Source of the DNA: Octopus vulgaris
Lineage: Eukaryota
Assembly (NCBI GenBank): GCA_951406725.2
Contig: OX597820.1
Coordinates: 48,856,001-48,920,000, forward strand
Direction of reading: 5' to 3'
Length of the DNA: 64,000 nucleotides
The position numbers were made by a program, and so were the translations under genes. How positions within the stretch are numbered: position 1 is the stretch's first letter; the number at the start of each line of letters is the position of its first letter. Shown here one piece after another: positions 56,262-64,000 of this stretch. The notes below the pieces were generated by a model that was given only the letters and a program-made list of their open reading frames with translations, was not told the DNA's origin and made no database searches.

Positions 56262-56645
56262 CTGCTACATATCTGCCTAGATAAACGGTTTTCCCTTGGG
56301 TGAGAAAGTGAATGTGTGATATTAGTCTAATCAATTAGGCTATAATTGTATATTCAGCAGTGTCAGTTGCTTCTAAAAATTTGCTCTTTCAATTTACATC
56401 TGCAGCTTAACATATAAATAATGTTCATTTTATCATACTCGCCTTCATTGCATTTTGGGTTTTATGATTGAAATATACAAATAAATAAATAAAAGAAATC
56501 AATGCAAGGGACTTCGTGCATGTACCTGAACGATATACTACAAACGAAATGTCTTAGTCGTTTCAACTAAGAACTCTGATAAACAAACAATCATAATTCA
56601 AAGAATGATATAAATCTATTTTAGTGCAAATTCCCTATAAAGCAT

Positions 56646-56752
56646 TCGACCCCACTGCGTAACTGGTACTTAATTTATCGACCCCGAAAGGATGAAAGGC
56701 AAAGTCGACCTCGGCGGAATTTGAACTTAGAACGTAGCGGCAGACGAAATAC
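56646..56752 (-). mobile_element. Internal SINE family 2 fragment
   Basis: Identical by eye to 53921-54027. Confidence 0.9.
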
Positions 56753-57464
56753 AATGTATAGCCTTATAAACAAGAGGGGTGACTGTATCCCTTGAAATGT
56801 CGTTGTAAATTTGGTCTAGTTAGGAGCTATTTGGATTGCATATAGTTTGAGATCAGTAACAAATTGTTTTCCATATTAGGTTTCTTTTTTGATCCGTTTT
56901 AAGGACTTCATGACAGATGAGTTAGCGAGTATAGATACAATACTTGTAAGGTTTAATGTTAACACAGATTACACTAATCTACATTCTATCTATTATGTTG
57001 TATTTCAGAGTCAGGTTACCGCCAACTCGCGTACTTGTATAACATAATCACTTTACTCATTGTTAATAATAATAATAATCATAATAATAAACACCTACGA
57101 GATGATATCATTGTACGTTTTGGAAAGTTATGCACGAAAGCATCAATCACACACTGAAAAAAAAAAGTTATTTTCATTTGTATTTCTTGTTTTGTTTACA
57201 TTAGAGAAAAAAAACCTAATAAAGAAGAACCTCGCACCGACATAAAGAGATGGCAAACTAGTCACCTTTGAAAGGTGATAATTTGGATATAAATCATATT
57301 TTCAGTCACATTTACCACACACACACAGACGCACATCTGCACACACACACACACGCAGACACACACACACGCAGACACACACACACTCTCTCTCTCTCTG
57401 TTTCTCTCTCTCTCTCTCTCTTACACATGCACACGCCCATGCACCCACTCATACGCATTCACGT

Positions 57465-57630
57465 ACGCGTAGCCGTATCTCGCCCGTCTTTACACCCTGA
57501 GTTCAAATTCCGTGAAGGTCGACTTTGAATTCAGACTTCCGGGGTCAATAAAATAAGAACTAGTTGAGCTTAACTCCTCCCCTAAATTTTCAGTCCTTCC
57601 TTGTGCCTATAGTAGAAAGGATTATTATAA
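57465..57630 (+). mobile_element. Degenerate SINE family 2
   Basis: CTGAGTTCAAATTCCGTGAAGGTCGACTTTG..GGGGTCAATAAAATAAG. Confidence 0.7.
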
Positions 57631-60214
57631 TAATGCATATTAGTCTATACTATATTATGTGTTTTCACATTTTTAGGGCGTCAGGGTACGATGTAGGAAA
57701 GGTTGTTGCTATTTCAGAATATGTCATTCGTTTTGACACACTGGTGGTGGTTCATCATTAAGCATTTATATACAATACAAATGAATTTGCCATAGAATGA
57801 CTTGGGCAAAATATAAATTGCATCTGGTGGCGAAAGTCCTGCTCAGAAGATCCGTTTTGAGGAGAACAGAATTACCACTACTGCTATTGGTCAAATTACA
57901 AATGCTAGTCTGATGGCTTGCATGCAGTGCTCAGAGAGGAGAGTAGACACCTACATATGTGTGGAGATAATTTCACGGCTCATTAACCTGAACACATGCT
58001 TAATGTTTAAATTGGTCCCTCGAAATAAGAATAAGTTGTGGTGTGCAGAAAAATACAGGAGTAAACTGCAAACAAATCAATAGAAACTTATATAGATTCT
58101 ACTGATTAATTTTCAGCAAGAAATATTATGAATCTTCAGGTTTTGGCATGGAATTCCATAATCACTGATGGCTGCAGAAATGTGCAAGATTAAAGCTGAT
58201 CTAGATCCAACATTATAAGGACAAAACCCTATAAAATTAGTCGTCGAATACACCACAGCTTATCCCTTCGAAAGAGATAACTTAATAAATGATATCGCCC
58301 TGTCTATATTGTTTCTGAAATTTAAGCGAAATATTTATGGTCAGAACCATCATGTACTCAGGCCGCTTTAATAAGGATTGCGCTGGAGCTAACGTGTGCA
58401 AACATTGAAAATAATCTTACGCCAGACATAAATCCTATTTCATTGACTAAAGCTAGTTAAAACATCATTGCTATAAACTAACGATATTCACTTTTCTACT
58501 TGTACCTTTCTCCCCAGAAATGTGCTCTACTAAATCTTCTTTGTGCACAACCTAGAGAAGATAAAAATCAAAGATCATCTATATAAACTTCACCAGTTTG
58601 GGAGGTAAGATTTCATGATCACTTCGCCTTATGCTCGTACAAAATCATTTTGATAAAAAGCAATATAAGTATACTTGAAAACCTTAGAAAACGGCAAATT
58701 TACGCCATATATATGAAAGATATTTCACTCACCATTATAACAAATACAAGAAAACTGCCTCTAGAATCATATGTTCTCAACTATAATGTACAAAAATCAA
58801 TATTTTTATTTTGAAAAGTTTCTAAATTTTGTATAAACTAAGGTGTCTATCATAATATTTTACGAAATATTCTTTTTATACAAGCTACCATTATTGATCC
58901 ATATAGCCCTTCGGATCGTATTTATATATTGAAAATGTGACTTTGATTTTATTCCAAAATAATAACCAAATGTCTTATATTAAAAGTAGAAAAAGATTAT
59001 AAAAATTTAGATAAATTAAGAGAGCGATCGGAACACCTCATACCTATCACTACAAAGCCTCCAAGAAGAATTCTATCGGAGAAAAAAAATTGAAATATCA
59101 AAATATACATGGAGTCATTGAGTCCGAGAAATTTAGTAATAGTTCGCGCTGGAGAATTGTATTGTAAAAAGTTAAGAGAATGGAACAAAACATTTCTGCA
59201 GTTAAATAAATGAGTAGTGTAGTCTCATCCCACGAAAGAATTCTACCCGAAACTTTAGGCTTTTCTTCCCCACCCTTTAATATACCATTCATTGTATTTA
59301 TAAAAGAATTTGTATGTTTATATATTAGGTTTATTTTTTTTTTATGTTTCTTTTCTATAATGTTTACTTGTAAAACGAATGAAACTGATAATTTTAAACG
59401 ATAATATGCGTATTGATGTCAGCGTTGGTTGAAAAATAGAAGAACAACAATAGCGGACTATTGGAAAACACTTATTACTCATCAATAAAATTACAACAAA
59501 GCACATTCATGTTATACTCTCGGCAGATAACAGTTACAAGTTTACAGACATGATCAAAAAGTTATGTTATGCTGGCATATAATTAATCAAAAGTGGAAGT
59601 CGTAAATAAATAATCTGCGAGAAAATAAAATGATAATTACTACTTTATATTTTATTCAGAAATGAATATACAGGAGCATCATAATTATGCATGGAACATA
59701 ATATACGTAGACATTTATATAACAGGTATATTAATAGAATAACTGGCGATCTTATATCTGAAAATGTTGCACTGAAGCACACGCACAAACACATACATCC
59801 AATACAATACACTTACATACACAGACAGGTACATACGTAACAACAAAACTAATTTCATTCTGAAAACAGCTATGATTTTTCAGTTACACGCACGCATGGG
59901 AATATAGACACACATGCACATACAAAGACAGGGATTGAGAGAGAGGGAGAGAGATATCAAAATACAACAGACATCACATTCGTAGACACGAAAATAAATT
60001 TTTAGCTTTCTTATAATTTTATCCGTCTTTTTTTCGGCAGTCTCTGTTTGTTATGTCATTTCATCATTGCTCTTCTTAAATGTATGTAGGTACATGCGTA
60101 AGTACGTACGAACATATATATGTATATATGTATGCATGTATGTATGTATGTATGTATGTATGTATGTATGTATGTATGTATGTATGTATGTATGTATATA
60201 CATGTGTACATTGT

Positions 60215-60579
60215 GGAAGCGCAATGGCCCAGTGGTTAGGGCAGCGGACTCGCGGACGTAGGATCGCGGTTTCGATTTCCAGACAGGACGTTGTGAATAT
60301 TTATTGAGCGAAAACACCGAAAAATCCACGAAGCTCCGGAAGGGGCTGTTGGTGATCCCTGCTGTACTCTTTAACCACAACTTTCTCTCACTCTTGTTTC
60401 TGCTATACCTGTATTTCAAAGGGGCCAACCTTGTGTCATGATGAGTCTCCCGAGAACTACGTTAAGGGTACATGTGTCTGTGGAATGCTCAGCCACTTGC
60501 ATGTTAATTTCACGAACAGGCTTGTTCGTTGATCGGATCAAGTGGAACCCCCGTCATCGTAACCGACGGAGTGACACGA
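60215..60579 (+). mobile_element. tRNA-derived SINE, family 3
   Basis: A-box TGGCCCAGTGGTTAG, B-box GGTTTCGATTTCC; candidate TSD TGTACATT at 60205-60212 and 60580-60587. Confidence 0.8.
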
Positions 60580-60593
60580 TGTACATTCATATA

Positions 60594-60811
60594 CAGTAAT
60601 CCCCTCGACTGTCGCAAGTGTTACGTTCCACCCTACCCACCCTGAGATAGGAGATAATCCGCCAAGTAGAAACAGTATTGTATCGTATATATTTTTATAA
60701 TTTGTATATATTTATTTTATTATAAATGCAAAAGAAACACCACAGAGAAATTGACATAATCTTAAATAATAAACCACGAGAGGTGAATCGCGACATGGCG
60801 AGGGATTACTG
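60594..60811. mobile_element. Tigger/pogo-like MITE
   Basis: TA|CAGTAATCCCCTCG ... CGAGGGATTACTG terminal inverted repeats. Confidence 0.8.
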
Positions 60812-60817
60812 AATATA

Positions 60818-61676
60818 CGTAGTCTGATCAATAATTATCCTGACGGTTGCCATAGTAACGAAACTAAAGCAAACACAATAAAGCCACATGGCACATACTG
60901 ACCTTAAACCCTGGTAGACACGACTAGTAACATTTAACGTTCTAGCTCGCATCCACTGTTTACAGCAGTGCCTGGGAGGAAGGTGATTTTTTAGAGAAAG
61001 TTGAACAGAAACTCTGCATAAAATTCAACTAAAAGCTTGGCGATACCTGTTCAGGGACCTACGTAAAGTTTTCAGTAGAGCTTTCATCATTTTCCACACA
61101 ATCAAGAAGAACTTGTGCTAGCGAAACGTAAATGCCTTTTTGGTCAGCTGAAAGTAGTTTTTGCACAAACTTGGCAGACACGTGTTTTATACCCAACTCT
61201 TCAGGGATAATGGACTGAACTGAGCCGTAACTAATCCACACATCCTCTCATAACTCACGAATGGTGCTTCGATGATTTCCCCTCACAGATGCACGCACAT
61301 TTGCTATGTTTATTTCAGTTCTGCTCGTTGCAGGTCTCCCAGAACATTCGTCAATAATGACATTTTCTCACCCATCTTGGAAACGTCTGAACCTCTTGTA
61401 CATGTGTGTGCGGCTCATACACTCCTCTTCATACATTTTCTGCAACTTTACTTAGGCCTCTGAGCAGGCATCCCCACGACAACTTTCGCTGTCATATTCA
61501 ACGATCACACACTACACACCTTCTTTCCAAGTAGTGCAGTAAACAGTAGAAGTGAGCTAGAACGTCAAATCATAGTGCGCATGCACAGAAGTGTTCACGG
61601 TCAATTTGTGCCAAGCAGCTTTAGCTTCGTTACTATGGCAACAATCCAGAACCTTAAACTTATTGATCAGACTTCG
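60818..61676 (-). mobile_element. Mariner derivative with inverted duplication of its 5' end
   Basis: TA|CGTAGTCTGATCAATAA ... TTATTGATCAGACTTCG|TA; arms homologous for about 250 bp; internal transposase piece ISYGSVQSIIPEELGIKHVSAKFVQKLLSADQK. Confidence 0.88.
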
Positions 61677-61911
61677 TATGTATACATACATACAAAGAAA
61701 GATAGAGCAATAATCATATACACACATATATGCATACATACAAGGATTCACACACACAGACACACACGCACATATATATATATACATACATACAAATATG
61801 TGTATGTGTATATAAATATATACGTATAAGAACACATACTCGACACGTATACGCGCAGGCACACGCGCAGGCACACGCGCATAAATGCATAGATGTGTGT
61901 ATCTTTGTCAG

Positions 61912-62102
61912 CTTTTTCAGTCATTGGACTGCTACTATGTACTGTCTTGAAGGACCTAGGCAAAGAATTCGAGCTCAGTATTTATTTTGAAGCCTAGCGC
62001 TTAGGCTGTCGTTCTAGTTTTGTCAAACCGCTAAGAAACGGCTACGTAATAAAAACACTGATTACCAAGGGGCAGTTGGGGGCAAACACAAGCACAAACA
62101 CA
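61912..62102 (-). mobile_element. Degenerate SINE family 1 3' domain
   Basis: TTTCAGTCATT..TTTTGTCAAACCGCTAAG..GGGGGCAAACACA. Confidence 0.6.
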
Positions 62103-62949
62103 AAGTTTAGCTTCACCAAATACACTTGCAAGGCTTCTGTGGGCTCGATACTGAATCTGTAAGCATTTTTTTTTTTTAGAATTTACAGGCATAAAGATTG
62201 TTTGATGAATGCGCCAGAGTGGAAATCTGATGACCATGAGAGAATGAGAACAGAAACACAATTTATGAAAACCAGGTTTTGTAGCTTGTTGTTGAGACAA
62301 TCAGCCAAGTTATCGTTGCCTCGGTGTACCCAGCAATATATATATATATATATATGTAGAAAACCACACTACTCAATATGTGTGAGAATAGTGCCTGAGT
62401 ACATCTTGCCAAAATTTCACAATCGGTAAGCGAATATTAGGGCTGAACATGATAGCATACGAAAGACATGTTCACGCATTTGTCATATAGTTTCAGGAAT
62501 GCGCAATTGCCAAATACTAACTGTGTAGTTTAGATCATGTGAGATACAAGGCAGTTAATCTGAAATGCGTAACGATTATATATTAGTATTACGGATGTAG
62601 TGAACGTGCTTATATCATACATATGTTTTCTACGCCTGTGGTCAGGAATGTCTAGCATCATGTAGTTAATTTGTGTTAGTATGATATCTCAGAGCTCAAG
62701 ATATCGCATCCGTGTGCGTGTGCCTCCTGTATCCACGATAACGACAATTCCAATTCGTCAGTTTATTTTAGATAATACTCTGCAGCTAACACGGTTAGTG
62801 TGACTCATCACTGTCGTGAGTGTCAAGATGAATTTTCTTGCACTCATGTGTAAAGTTATGTGTGATAGCTTAATCTCTCATCTTCTTAATTGCAGAGAAA
62901 ATGGAGTTAAACTAGCTGTCTCAAGAAGTGCTGTTTTTGGGTAATGACA

Positions 62950-63225
<276 letters not shown>

Positions 63226-63430
63226 AATACATATACACATATACCCATCAGTCTGTCTATCAAAATATCTATTCACTTATCTCTGCATGTTTTTATCTGT
63301 GTGATACTCTCCCGTTCTCTCTCTCTTTCCCTCCTCTCTCTCTTTCTCCCCTCTCTCTCCCTCATACATATACACATATACATGATACATAGTTATGTAT
63401 TCTTATGAATAAATATATATATAGATATGG

Positions 63431-63570
63431 TTGGGTGGTTAAGAAACTCGGTTTGTAACCACATTATTTCAAGTTCATTCCCAGTGCGATGCGTCTTGTG
63501 CTGTAACTCCGAGCTGACTAATACTTTGTGAGTGAATTTAAGTACACGGAAACTGTTTGGAAGCCTGTTA
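63431..63570 (+). mobile_element. Degenerate SINE family 1 head
   Basis: GTGGTTAAGAAACT..AACCACAT..GTTCATTCCCAGTGCG..TTTGTGAGTGAATTT..ACGGAAACTG. Confidence 0.7.
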
Positions 63571-63699
63571 TATGTGCATACATATATACATGATGGTTGT
63601 GGACTTGTTAAATGTGCATCATTATGGCTGACTAAATGAAATAAATAATAGCACTATATGATGTAAGAGAGATAATGTATACTGAAACTTTCCAGTGAT

Positions 63700-63990
63700 T
63701 TACAGGACTTGTTGCAGTTTCAAGATTCCTACGAACGATTCTGACTTCTTGATTGCTTCTGAACATTCTGATGATTTTCGCTGTGCACCACCACGTGCGC
63801 CTACATAGACCTAAACGATTTGTACCCGTTTTCTGGCAGAAAGTGAATGTGAGGTTGGCCCCAGCAAGAAACTCATAATTTGTAACTTGTTTCTCTACAT
63901 GGTTTCTCTGGTGGCTCACCAGGCCTGTGCAGGACATACATATGCGGCCACAGACTTCGGAGACTACTTCCAGAAATATAGCTTCAACAG
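63700..63990 (-). mobile_element. Probable RTE LINE C-terminal zinc-finger remnant
   Basis: Minus strand SEVCGRICMSCTGLVSHQRNH, followed by a decayed TFCQKTGTNRLGLCRR; resembles the RTE ORF C-terminal CxxCGR.C.S..GL.SH.R.H motif. Confidence 0.6.
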
Positions 63991-64000
63991 TATTATCTTT

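Noticed and set aside
60215-60290. Possible tRNA gene (also the heads at 9385 and 45751)
   Set aside because: No proper acceptor stem or terminator; continues into a SINE body.
62223-62263. AAAT-CTGATGA..GAAACACAATTT
   Set aside because: No NUH site or helix III.

Overview
This is AT-rich eukaryotic (animal) genomic DNA packed with microsatellites. The tRNA-derived SINE repertoire suggests an octopod cephalopod (inference from recall, not a database search). No intact protein-coding gene is visible, and nearly all ORFs in the track are simple-repeat artefacts. The window is a transposon graveyard: a Tc3-like DD34E element, three mariner derivatives, a Tigger-like MITE, several long-TIR/foldback elements, a Lep1-like non-autonomous Helitron, CR1- and RTE-type LINE fragments, and three SINE families. 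The main hidden signal is a dense set of type I hammerhead ribozyme (HHR) motifs found by eye on both strands: about 10 well-formed and several decayed. Most have a palindromic, near-loopless helix III and lie shortly upstream of a (TA)n tract. The best case is a non-coding 616-bp unit at 28321-29418, present as an apparently identical partial tandem with one canonical-core HHR per copy. That is a retrozyme / Penelope-pLTR-like architecture predicted to release a 616-nt RNA that could circularise. All structures were hand-folded, and none has been tested computationally or experimentally.
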